Below, in pieces: positions 8,683-16,519 of a DNA stretch of 30,964 nucleotides. Location of the stretch: IMG/VR virus record IMGVR_UViG_3300042510_000902, positions 1 through 30,964 of that record; one strand, given 5' to 3'. The translations under genes were made by a program, and so were the position numbers. The DNA comes from a virus (lineage: Duplodnaviria > Caudoviricetes). A model generated the notes under the pieces. That model made no database searches. It worked only from the letters and a program-made list of their open reading frames with translations, and was not told the origin of the DNA. Each line of letters starts with the position of its first letter. The stretch's first letter is position 1.

Positions 8683-9774
8683 TGGGTTTGATCCTTTATC
8701 AAATGGCGGTTTGTTCGGTGGACCGCCAGCATCCGGCTTGGGCGGCATCATTGAATCTGGTGCACCTGCACCCATATTAGAACCAGCGTCTTGCGGTAGT
8801 CCGCCCGGCTGGGGTTGTCCTGTTGGGTCTTGTCCCGGCATTCCCGGTTGGCCAGGCTGATTGCCATCTTCTGCTGGCATGTCGGCCATCTGTGGTGCCT
8901 GATGGACAAGCGGGTTTGGAGATCCTGCCTGCCCGTCTTCCTCCATCTTCTGAACGATATACTGGCCCATTGCCGAGTTCATGAATGCTTCCATGATCGA
9001 CTTAATCAGGCCGGACGGCAGTTCTTCTTCGTTGCCGTACTTGTCTCGATCGTCACCCGGCACAAACGTCCCGTTTCCACCCGGTGCGACCATCATGTAT
9101 CTCTCGACCTCAACGTCTTCTCCGTGTTCGGATGGACGATTGAAGTATCTGGCAGGAGGAAGATTCAGTCTTGGTTCATCGGCCCCAAGTGCGGCAATCG
9201 GGTAGAACGATCGCTTGTGAACATCAGGCAGAGGCAGAACCTCAACCGATCGCCCGCGTCGTCCCCTCAGCAGTTCGTCACGATCCTTGCGGTGGTACTC
9301 ATCAGCAAAGATTGCATAACGTGGCTTCGTGTTGCCGATCATTCCGAGGCGATAAGCTCCGGTGTATCCAAGCACTTCAGGTTCCGGATCAGTCCGGTTG
9401 TCTGATGTGTGTCCGTTTGTAATTGGGCAGAACTTACCTACGTCTGCGATCTGCTCGTTCATGTTCCGACAGATAGAAGCCAATACCTTGCGGTCGTATT
9501 TCACTGCTGGAATTGTGCGGCCATCGCGAGACTTGCGGGCTGGAATCTCATGTTCTTCAAAGACAGGGATGTCACGCCGTTCCAGAAACTCAGACGATTT
9601 GTGATATCGTCGAGCTTCAGCAACTTCTGGTTCATCGCCAACATGAGAACGCCATGCCTCGAAGCACTTCTGATTCCGTTCAGCAGTGTTCGGGATCTCA
9701 GTCATTAGCGACTGATGAAACCGGATCGCAAAATCCGGCTGGCTTTCCCCGTCCTTGGGTACTAGGTTATTCAT
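8224..9774 (-). CDS. Prohead protease/scaffold (Mu gpI-like)
   Basis: N-domain with PITNGH...EVLGY...RSVE...ALGADEP; Pro/Gly linker; coiled-coil C-terminus; precedes capsid genes. Confidence 0.7.
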   Translation of the reverse strand: MNNLVPKDGESQPDFAIRFHQSLMTEIPNTAERNQKCFEAWRSHVGDEPEVAEARRYHKSSEFLERRDIPVFEEHEIPARKSRDGRTIPAVKYDRKVLASICRNMNEQIADVGKFCPITNGHTSDNRTDPEPEVLGYTGAYRLGMIGNTKPRYAIFADEYHRKDRDELLRGRRGRSVEVLPLPDVHKRSFYPIAALGADEPRLNLPPARYFNRPSEHGEDVEVERYMMVAPGGNGTFVPGDDRDKYGNEEELPSGLIKSIMEAFMNSAMGQYIVQKMEEDGQAGSPNPLVHQAPQMADMPAEDGNQPGQPGMPGQDPTGQPQPGGLPQDAGSNMGAGAPDSMMPPKPDAGGPPNKPPFDKGSNPMADEKEQYSKSAGLQALEARLNALEAENASMKAQLLGSQRYGKLSKLKSEGFEFNMERYMKKAEVQTEDEFTADLQDIEKYARKSPSAVADFSAIAGVGKQGELPETGNGVDELTAADVDGVMKYARKHDVDYVTARERYCADKKSGKNTAG

Positions 9775-9804
9775 AGCGTCCTGCCTTGAATATCAAAACC
9801 ACCC

Positions 9805-9855
9805 AATCCATTGGGCAGTTATTGGAATTGTCAAGTATGCGGCAAATCCTGTCAA
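9805..9855 (-). promoter_or_regulatory. Candidate promoter region for head genes
   Basis: Two TTGACA hexamers (9855-9850, 9834-9829) in an intergenic gap; only weak -10 matches (GACAAT). Confidence 0.4.
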
Positions 9856-9891
9856 TGACTCACACGGTCAGAATCAATGCCATCATCAGAA

Positions 9892-10161
9892 TTAGTTGTC
9901 TTCGTAGCCGCTTCCAGATTTCTTGCTGGCTGCAATAGCTTCGACAACACCATCAAGCAGTTCATGGATCGAGTTGTCCAATGCAGACACTGTACTGGTC
10001 ATGCTGGCGAGTGATAACGCCCAGACACGGGTATTGATTGGCAGGAGCTTCCAACAGGCGTGACAGATAGGGACTTGGATGCAGTTGTCCGGACGATGCG
10101 GGGCGTGCCATTGCCCACATGCTCCGCACAAGTGCTTTTCGCCTTTCGGTCCTGTCGCCAT
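9892..10161 (-). CDS. Small Cys-motif (Zn-binding?) hypothetical protein
   Basis: CGAC...CHAC; TAATG coupling to the upstream gene. Confidence 0.65.
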   Translation of the reverse strand: MATGPKGEKHLCGACGQWHAPHRPDNCIQVPICHACWKLLPINTRVWALSLASMTSTVSALDNSIHELLDGVVEAIAASKKSGSGYEDN

Positions 10162-11228
10162 TACCTGCCTCGGTTTGGTCTCTGAGATCCCCGGTCTGGA
10201 TTGCCACGATTCGGCCTGTTGCTGGTAGGACGATACGGTCCTTTGACCTCCGTTTGCAACTTAGAAACCCCGACGCGGCCATCTTTTGCTTGACGTACTC
10301 GCTTTTTCAGGATCTGGATTCCGTTCACGAGGATTGCCCGGCGTGGCACGTTTCCGCCAACAGACTGGAGTAGCGTGTAGCGATACTGATGCCCGGCAAT
10401 CGTGCCCCGGATTCGCAATTCGTCCCAAACAAACCCGCCCTTACTGGATGCCCGCAGGAACTGTTCGAACAACTTCGGGTGCACGTCAGCGTAGCCGTAT
10501 AGCGGCCCCATCGTCTTGGAATGCTTGTCGCCCTGAAGATATCGAACCAGCAGCGTCGACTTGGCTGGGGCTTTCAGGTTGAACTGAAACCCGATACTGT
10601 GGACGTTGCTGGATGTCACAGGGACCATGACGCCCGTAACTGCCGGATCGTCTGTCTTGTATCGGCCTCTGAAATTGGCAGTCCGGATCTCGACAGTATC
10701 ATTCGAGACAAGCCGCATCCCGTTCCACGTCTGAGGCTCAGACGGAACGATACGGCGGGTTGTCGGTTCTGACTCTACCCGCCGTCCTCCAGCCTGCTCC
10801 GGCGTTTTGCTGCCACCGAACATCTCAGGCGTCAATTGTTCGATCAGATCAACCGTCCTGCCAACATCACCACTGATGTCACGCAATCCAGCCTTGAGCG
10901 TGCTTGCTAGTGCAGACCTAGCTTTGGACGTCGACGGGCTGTTCGCTGTCTGGAGCAGGTCCAGAATCCCCCGGACTGCTTCCCTTGCTCCGCTGTGTAC
11001 GCTTACGACGTTCTTTTGGGCGTCGTTCGCTAACTGGCTCAATTGCCGGTCCAGCGTCTGATTCTTCCCCCGCAACCTCTGGCGTACTCGGTGGATCTCC
11101 TGCATCAACGCTACTCGGTTCTGTGGCTCCGTCTTTGTTGACAGGGTTTTGATCTTCTTCAGGCTGTCCTGAATCTGTTTCTGGTCCTGCTGGCTCTGGT
11201 TGAACTTCGGGAATAGCGGGTTGGCCAT
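10161..11228 (-). CDS. KTSC-domain protein with helical N-terminus and Arg-rich tail
   Basis: MVPVTSSNVHSIGF...LLVRY...YGYADVHPKLFEQFLRASSKGGF is a KTSC signature; start set to ATG 11228 (GGAG RBS). Confidence 0.75.
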   Translation of the reverse strand: MANPLFPKFNQSQQDQKQIQDSLKKIKTLSTKTEPQNRVALMQEIHRVRQRLRGKNQTLDRQLSQLANDAQKNVVSVHSGAREAVRGILDLLQTANSPSTSKARSALASTLKAGLRDISGDVGRTVDLIEQLTPEMFGGSKTPEQAGGRRVESEPTTRRIVPSEPQTWNGMRLVSNDTVEIRTANFRGRYKTDDPAVTGVMVPVTSSNVHSIGFQFNLKAPAKSTLLVRYLQGDKHSKTMGPLYGYADVHPKLFEQFLRASSKGGFVWDELRIRGTIAGHQYRYTLLQSVGGNVPRRAILVNGIQILKKRVRQAKDGRVGVSKLQTEVKGPYRPTSNRPNRGNPDRGSQRPNRGR

Positions 11229-11466
11229 CGGAGAACTCCATCTCTGCGAAGTGCCGTTCAAGCAGTGCTTTGTGAGCGGCGTCACCGTCTGCAACAGCTT
11301 TGGCAAGTGTCATGGTCGGGATACTGAATGTCCCAATTTTACCAGTTGCGTCTCTGACTGTGTAGACGGTCGCAACTTTGACCTCGTCAAAAGCCGTGTC
11401 AATGCTGTGGATCTCAATGTTACGCTGGGCAAGGATTGGCGATGCAATCCAGTTCAAAGGAACCAT
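10918..11466 (-). CDS. Hypothetical protein with acidic disordered tail overlapping the KTSC gene
   Basis: Starts 3 nt after the terL stop with GAGG RBS; fills the gap 11229-11466. Confidence 0.6.
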   Translation of the reverse strand: MVPLNWIASPILAQRNIEIHSIDTAFDEVKVATVYTVRDATGKIGTFSIPTMTLAKAVADGDAAHKALLERHFAEMEFSDGQPAIPEVQPEPAGPETDSGQPEEDQNPVNKDGATEPSSVDAGDPPSTPEVAGEESDAGPAIEPVSERRPKERRKRTQRSKGSSPGDSGPAPDSEQPVDVQS

Positions 11467-11469
11467 AAA

Positions 11470-14271
11470 CTAGCCTCTTTCTCGGTGTCGTGTCGTAAAG
11501 CCTTTCAGTCGGCCTGAGTCTGGAAGATACTCACCGCCTAGCTGGGCAGTAATAGCTGAATGGGCTTTTGCTGAGGAAATCGTTGAACCTGTCATGAAAT
11601 CGTCAGAAAAACAGAGATACCGAAGTGCGTCCGTGCAATGGTCGGCCTTTTTGAGGGGTTCGGGCGCAGCGTCGCGCGGATTTAATGCTGTTCGTGCGTT
11701 TTTGTTTGTTCCTCTGAGCCATCTATAGGTCTTCATCTGCTGAACCAACTTCGGGCAGTTCGTGCGATGAATGAACAGTTTTGGCTCCAGTTTTATTTTC
11801 ACTTTGCCGGTCTCAGGATCAAGTACAGGCATTCCCTTTGCGTCAACAACAGGAACGGGAATCTGAGGTTTCAGCAGATATTGAATGTGCTCAATACCCT
11901 CAATAACCGAGTTCCTTCCTCTCATCATCGACAGGTTCTCAACCTTTGGGTTGTAGAGATTGAGCTTCATTCCGATACGCAGGTTGTCGGGTGAAGATGG
12001 GTCACAGTACGACGGGCCATACATTTTGTCGTCGCTTGGCCATTCCCACTGCTCGTAGACGTCGCTCAGGTGGTCAACGGTCGTCTTTGTCTGATCGTGG
12101 CAGGCAATCTCATCGTAGATGAACCACTGCCCTATGCTGTTGCGTGCTCCCCACAAACAGACAAAATCATTCTCTGGGCCTGCACCCCAGTCTATTCCGC
12201 GTCTGTGGTAACAGTGCTTAATCCGTGCCCACATTTCGTCACCCATGCAATGAGTGGCGGTATTGAATCCCTTGTAGATAACGCCCTCGAATGAGGCAAA
12301 CAGCCCCTTCATTCTCACGTCGAGCATATCCTCCGGAACCATGCCGAAGAATTCTTCAAACCATTTTTTATCAACGTGCCCGGCTTCCATCGCACACATA
12401 GTGTTCGCACGATAGATCTTCCAGTTCTTTGGGAGGTATCGCAGACCCGGTTGTTTGCCTGATTCAGGCTCCGGCCCGTTCTCCAGCATCTCTTCAATGT
12501 CGATCGACAAGTCTGGATCGACTGGCGTGTACTCGACCAGCTTAGACCCCGGAAAGTTGTACTCTCGGCATCCTCGCAAGACTTCTTCGAATACGCCCCA
12601 CGGGAACTGTTCTACGAACGCGAAACCACCGATAGCCTGAGCCATCATCGCCCCGATCCCTTGTTCGTAGGATCTGAACTCCAGCATCCAATTATTGCCC
12701 TTTGCGTCAGCCTTGAGCGGGACAGAGTAGGGTAGACGTTGTTTTGACTTGTACCAGCCTACTCGTGCCCAATCGACGTCTTTATCAAGGATGTGCCCTT
12801 GCCCGTATAGCTTCTCCTTCCAGCAGGTCTTTGTCACCTGATCATAAGACTTAGCGATAACCCAGAACGGCGTATCCTTGCGGGGCGGTGGCGTCTCGTA
12901 GACGAACCGAGCAACCTTAGCCAGAAGCGTAGTGGTTGTCCCGGAATTATGCGAAATAACTCCCCCTTTAGTGAGGTAGTTTCTATCCGGATAACACGTA
13001 ATGTCATAGAATTCATCTATTCTGAGGAATTCTATACTTTCAATCGTATCGACAGAAAGAGACGACAATGCAGAGGATTCAAATTGATCGCGTGCAGCTT
13101 GCGGATATGTGGCTTGCTGGAGTGTCGACGGCTGACATGGCGAAACACTTTGGCTGTAGCCAGTCGGTGATTCACAGGCAGTTAAAAGCTGCAAGCCTGC
13201 ATCGCCCTGTTGGGCCACAGAAAGCGTGGAAAGATCAGTTCTCTGATCAGGATATCGTAGGACTGTATGCTGAACTGCGTTCAACGCCGCTTGTTGCAGA
13301 GCGTGTTGGATGCACAAGCAAGACTGTTTGGAATATTCTTGTGAAGCACGGGGTTGATATTCGCGGGAAGTCTGGTCCTGATCACTCGCAATGGAAAGGT
13401 GGCCGGATAACTGATTCAGGTGGCTACATTCTTGTTCGGAATCCTGAGCATCCCGCGTCAGTTGGTGGCTATGTACCTGAGCATCGGCTTGTGATGGAAT
13501 CCCACATAGGCAGGTATCTACTTCCTGATGAGGAGGTGCACCACAGGAATCTGGACAAGTCCGACAATCGCTTTGAGAATCTGAAACTCTACAGCAGTGC
13601 TTCCGATCACATGAAGCAGGAACACGCTTCGCCTGATCGCATCGCTCACATGATGAAGATTCGCAAGGATCGAACTGAATCAATCCTTGCTGCTGCTGGG
13701 CCGATTCTCCGGCATCTTGTGAATGGCTATCGCTTGTCGCCAAATGAAATATCGCAGTTGACTGGCCTTCCCAATTCCTTTGTGGGTAGTTGGTGCCGTC
13801 GTGCTGAGTGCCGCCGCCTTCAGGGAAAACGTCCTGAGCGACAGATAACACCTGCGATCCGGGAACTAGCTTCCCAACTTCAGCCCATCCTGTCGCCGTT
13901 AGCACGCGGTGCGAAGACGTGCAAACAATAGAATTGCCAGACGTGAAGGTGACAGTAAACAAACTGTCACGCCCTTTGCAGTAGACTGGTGATGACAACT
14001 GAAGTCGCGGGTAGCCATCAGGACCAATGCCGATGGTTGTGAACGGCTCGGTGATGTCGACGCAACGCCGCCATTCCTGACGATCATGGTCCCACAATTC
14101 CTGCTCACTGCCTGTGCAGCCGTTCCCGCCAATTAACCAGCTAACGCCGTCTGATTTCGACTCATAGAACGCCGTCTGCTCGTCGAATCGTTCTGGCTGG
14201 TCTGGTCGTGGCGTGAAGTGCAGATACGCCGGGAAGTCTCTGACGCTACCAGTCTGTGATATAGCAACCAT
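11470..14271 (-). CDS. terL: Terminase large subunit precursor containing an intein (about 542 aa after splicing)
   Basis: Spliced P-loop LIGGNG|SGTT; nuclease motifs GIDWG, CDPS, DHCTDALRY; upstream of head genes. Confidence 0.9.
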   Translation of the reverse strand: MVAISQTGSVRDFPAYLHFTPRPDQPERFDEQTAFYESKSDGVSWLIGGNGCTGSEQELWDHDRQEWRRCVDITEPFTTIGIGPDGYPRLQLSSPVYCKGRDSLFTVTFTSGNSIVCTSSHRVLTATGWAEVGKLVPGSQVLSVAQDVFPEGGGTQHDGTNYPQRNWEGQSTAIFHLATSDSHSQDAGESAQQQQGLIQFDPCESSSCERCDQAKRVPASCDRKHCCRVSDSQSDCRTCPDSCGAPPHQEVDTCLCGIPSQADAQVHSHQLTRDAQDSEQECSHLNQLSGHLSIASDQDQTSREYQPRASQEYSKQSCLCIQHALQQAALNAVQHTVLRYPDQRTDLSTLSVAQQGDAGLQLLTACESPTGYSQSVSPCQPSTLQQATYPQAARDQFESSALSSLSVDTIESIEFLRIDEFYDITCYPDRNYLTKGGVISHNSGTTTTLLAKVARFVYETPPPRKDTPFWVIAKSYDQVTKTCWKEKLYGQGHILDKDVDWARVGWYKSKQRLPYSVPLKADAKGNNWMLEFRSYEQGIGAMMAQAIGGFAFVEQFPWGVFEEVLRGCREYNFPGSKLVEYTPVDPDLSIDIEEMLENGPEPESGKQPGLRYLPKNWKIYRANTMCAMEAGHVDKKWFEEFFGMVPEDMLDVRMKGLFASFEGVIYKGFNTATHCMGDEMWARIKHCYHRRGIDWGAGPENDFVCLWGARNSIGQWFIYDEIACHDQTKTTVDHLSDVYEQWEWPSDDKMYGPSYCDPSSPDNLRIGMKLNLYNPKVENLSMMRGRNSVIEGIEHIQYLLKPQIPVPVVDAKGMPVLDPETGKVKIKLEPKLFIHRTNCPKLVQQMKTYRWLRGTNKNARTALNPRDAAPEPLKKADHCTDALRYLCFSDDFMTGSTISSAKAHSAITAQLGGEYLPDSGRLKGFTTRHRERG
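12946..14118 (-). mobile_element. Class 1 intein (391 aa) in the terminase Walker A
   Basis: Starts at Cys52 (CTGSEQ), block B CTSSHRVL, block F FYDITC...NY, block G ISHN followed by Ser+1. Confidence 0.9.
13068..13931 (+). CDS. HNH homing endonuclease with HTH repeats, antisense within the intein
   Basis: WKGGR...GGYI...HP...GYVPEHRLVMESHIGRYLLPDEEVHHRNLDKSDNRFENL; two N-terminal and one C-terminal HTH-like segments; purine-rich leader. Confidence 0.9.
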   Translation: MQRIQIDRVQLADMWLAGVSTADMAKHFGCSQSVIHRQLKAASLHRPVGPQKAWKDQFSDQDIVGLYAELRSTPLVAERVGCTSKTVWNILVKHGVDIRGKSGPDHSQWKGGRITDSGGYILVRNPEHPASVGGYVPEHRLVMESHIGRYLLPDEEVHHRNLDKSDNRFENLKLYSSASDHMKQEHASPDRIAHMMKIRKDRTESILAAAGPILRHLVNGYRLSPNEISQLTGLPNSFVGSWCRRAECRRLQGKRPERQITPAIRELASQLQPILSPLARGAKTCKQ

Positions 14272-14338
14272 CCTTGGTTCCTTTGGTTATGTTATGACTA
14301 TCGGACGTGCTGACCGCTGTTGAAAAGAACGGCCCAGA

Positions 14339-14399
14339 ATTGAAATAACGTGCCCTGATGGCAGGCGTTATTTCAATGCGGATCGATATGGTTATCCGC
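14339..14399. repeat. Two adjacent inverted repeats upstream of terL
   Basis: ATTGAAATAACG/CGTTATTTCAAT (14339-14377) and GCGGAT/ATCCGC (14378-14399), intergenic. Confidence 0.6.
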
Positions 14400-14402
14400 T
14401 GC

Positions 14403-14867
14403 TCATTCCGGATGAACTATCGGAAACACATCAAGCCGAATTGCACTTTCCAGAGCGTCGATTTCGACATTGAAGCCCGTGCTGTGCGATGCGTGGAATT
14501 CTGAAAACAAGATTTCGTGAGCATCAAGACCTTCCCATTCATCGCCGTCCGGCTGCATCATCACGCGATGTTTCCTGCACACTGCCACAATGTCATTGAT
14601 AAACGATTGCCGCCGCTTCTCTGGATCTTCAGTCGCCTCAGCGTCGAGAAGCTCCATAACGGCCTGATGAATGTCGCCTCGCATCTCCCAGCCACATTCG
14701 TAGCCTTTGTTCATGCAGACGACTTGATTGAGTAGAGTGAGCGTTCCCGGCTTCTTCTTGCTCTCGATCGCAGTAACCTGCCATTCAGCCCCGTCTGAGT
14801 CTTCGACTGTGAATTCTCCTGGCTGATTCTTGTCACCAGTCGCCCGCGTTGCCTTAAACCACTCCAC
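14403..14867 (-). CDS. Hypothetical protein
   Basis: AAGGAG RBS, protein-like composition, fits the operon. Confidence 0.7.
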   Translation of the reverse strand: MEWFKATRATGDKNQPGEFTVEDSDGAEWQVTAIESKKKPGTLTLLNQVVCMNKGYECGWEMRGDIHQAVMELLDAEATEDPEKRRQSFINDIVAVCRKHRVMMQPDGDEWEGLDAHEILFSEFHASHSTGFNVEIDALESAIRLDVFPIVHPE

Positions 14868-14926
14868 ACGAATCTCCTTTGTTTTTTAACTTTACCGTGA
14901 ACAGAGAAACACGATACCGATCTTCA

Positions 14927-15148
14927 TCAAGGCAATGGCCTTGAGATAAACACAACTGCTCTTTGGGACTCAAAGTTGTACCCACAAGGACACGATATTG
15001 TGGTGTATTCTTCCTGCTTCTCCGCAACCTCGAACTCGTCTCCGCACCACGGACAGCATGGGCAAAAATGCTTGACTGGTGCAGGAAGACAGGTGCATCT
15101 GTCGTTTCGCTTGCGACACGCATCACAATGTGTACCACCCGATCCCAT
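14927..15148 (-). CDS. Small Cys-rich Zn-ribbon-like protein
   Basis: CDAC, CPWC, CPCG; GGAG upstream; competes with overlapping ORF 14854..15159. Confidence 0.5.
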   Translation of the reverse strand: MGSGGTHCDACRKRNDRCTCLPAPVKHFCPCCPWCGDEFEVAEKQEEYTTISCPCGYNFESQRAVVFISRPLP

Positions 15149-15193
15149 AAAATCTCCAATGTTTTCGTGAGCAGCGGAACGGAATACCGCTGC

Positions 15194-15376
15194 TCATGCT
15201 CTACCGATTGAGATCAGATATTGCGTAAATCCACGATCGACATAACCGACGATGTAACACATGACAGTTGTCGCCGCGACAGTCCATCCAATGTCAAATC
15301 CAGATTCAATCATGGCCTCTGCAATTCCGCAGATTCCACCGATCGCAATTGGCCCTATCAATTTCAGTAGATTCAC
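15194..15376 (-). CDS. Small membrane protein (two hydrophobic segments)
   Basis: GTG start at 15376 after AAAGGGGG; LIGPIAIGGICGIA and WTVAATTVMCYIVGYV. Confidence 0.5.
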   Translation of the reverse strand: MNLLKLIGPIAIGGICGIAEAMIESGFDIGWTVAATTVMCYIVGYVDRGFTQYLISIGRA

Positions 15377-15427
15377 GGTTTCCCCCTTTGTTTCTGCGCC
15401 CACCGAATACAAGTTCCGCTGCTCATC

Positions 15428-15889
15428 TCAGAACGGAACGTCATCGCCACCAGATAGCTGGTTATCATAGAACGTTGTCTGCTTTGCCGGTGCAGATTGT
15501 CGCGACTGCTGCTGCCGTGGGCGTTCTTCTTCCTGCGGTGCATCTTTTCCACCTGACGGGCTTCCAAGGAACTGCATCGTTTCAACTGTCACGCCCAGCT
15601 TGGAACGCTTCTTTCCGGTTTCCTTGTCATCCCATTGATCGAGTTTCAACTTACCCTCGAACATCACGGGTTTACCCTTGGAGAGATACTGACCTGCTAA
15701 CTCGGCAGTTTTGCCCCACAGGGTGCATTCGACGAATACTGTATTCTCGACCTTCTGGCCTTCCTTGTTCTTGTACGATTCATTGACCGCCAGCGACACA
15801 TCAGAGACTGCTGTACCATTGCCAAGATAACGCAACTCAACGTCGCGTGTCAGGTTGCCGATCAGAATCACTTTATTGAACGATGCCAT
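15428..15889 (-). CDS. ssb: Single-stranded DNA-binding protein
   Basis: NKVILIGNLTRDVELRY N-terminus and DDVPF C-terminus. Confidence 0.97.
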   Translation of the reverse strand: MASFNKVILIGNLTRDVELRYLGNGTAVSDVSLAVNESYKNKEGQKVENTVFVECTLWGKTAELAGQYLSKGKPVMFEGKLKLDQWDDKETGKKRSKLGVTVETMQFLGSPSGGKDAPQEEERPRQQQSRQSAPAKQTTFYDNQLSGGDDVPF

Positions 15890-16209
15890 TAGAACGGATC
15901 TCCACTAAGAACTTGGGGATGCTCAGCAACGATTGCTGAGTACGCTATTTGGTAGGCGATCACCATTCCGGAGGTAATGCCCTTCTGCCTATCGAAGTTT
16001 ACGTTTCGATTTGCTTCGACTGCTTCGAGTCGATCTCTTTCGAGGAACCTTAGCACTCTTCTGACGCCCTGCAACTGCGATGGTGTCAGCTTTTGGTCTA
16101 ACTGGCTGATCTCCTGACTGCCAGATTTGGATTCGAACGGCTGGCCCGCTATGTCGGTTTCCGGAATCTTGTCTGAAGATAATTCCGGTGATGTATTCAG
16201 GTCCGTCAT
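15889..16209 (-). CDS. Hypothetical protein overlapping the RusA-like gene
   Basis: TAATG coupling to ssb; helical C-half; start uncertain (16209 or 16227). Confidence 0.5.
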   Translation of the reverse strand: MTDLNTSPELSSDKIPETDIAGQPFESKSGSQEISQLDQKLTPSQLQGVRRVLRFLERDRLEAVEANRNVNFDRQKGITSGMVIAYQIAYSAIVAEHPQVLSGDPF

Positions 16210-16519
16210 CGTACCACCAGCCTGCATCGACCAGTGTGTCTTCTAATTGTTTCCATGATCCTCTGAGTCCTGAACTGTAGTCCCACAACTGCTGCCGCTT
16301 CCCAAGGATGCGTGTTACAGCGACGAATGTAGGTATCTTAAACGGTTGGCGTTTGTAAAAAGAAAGTTGCTTACTGAATACTTTTTTTTCGGCAACAGTT
16401 CGCCAGAATGAATGGCCTTGGCCGTCGTTCCTGTTTGAAAGCTCGATCGGCAACACGATGTCAAGCAGTAGCTGCCCGATGGCCTGATCAATCTGGCTGG
16501 TGATCATGCTGAGTCTCAT
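15989..16519 (-). CDS. RusA-like Holliday junction resolvase/endonuclease
   Basis: WD..S...SWKQLEDTLVDAGWWYDDGP matches the RusA D..N..K...D.L...G...DD pattern. Confidence 0.6.
   Translation of the reverse strand: MRLSMITSQIDQAIGQLLLDIVLPIELSNRNDGQGHSFWRTVAEKKVFSKQLSFYKRQPFKIPTFVAVTRILGKRQQLWDYSSGLRGSWKQLEDTLVDAGWWYDDGPEYITGIIFRQDSGNRHSGPAVRIQIWQSGDQPVRPKADTIAVAGRQKSAKVPRKRSTRSSRSKSKRKLR

Noticed and set aside
14323-14397. Integron attC-like site (AAC...GTTA ends around a stem)
   Set aside because: L boxes do not pair convincingly, it is a single copy, and there is no integron integrase signature
15194-15376. Holin
   Set aside because: Two hydrophobic segments, but it sits among replication genes with no endolysin nearby
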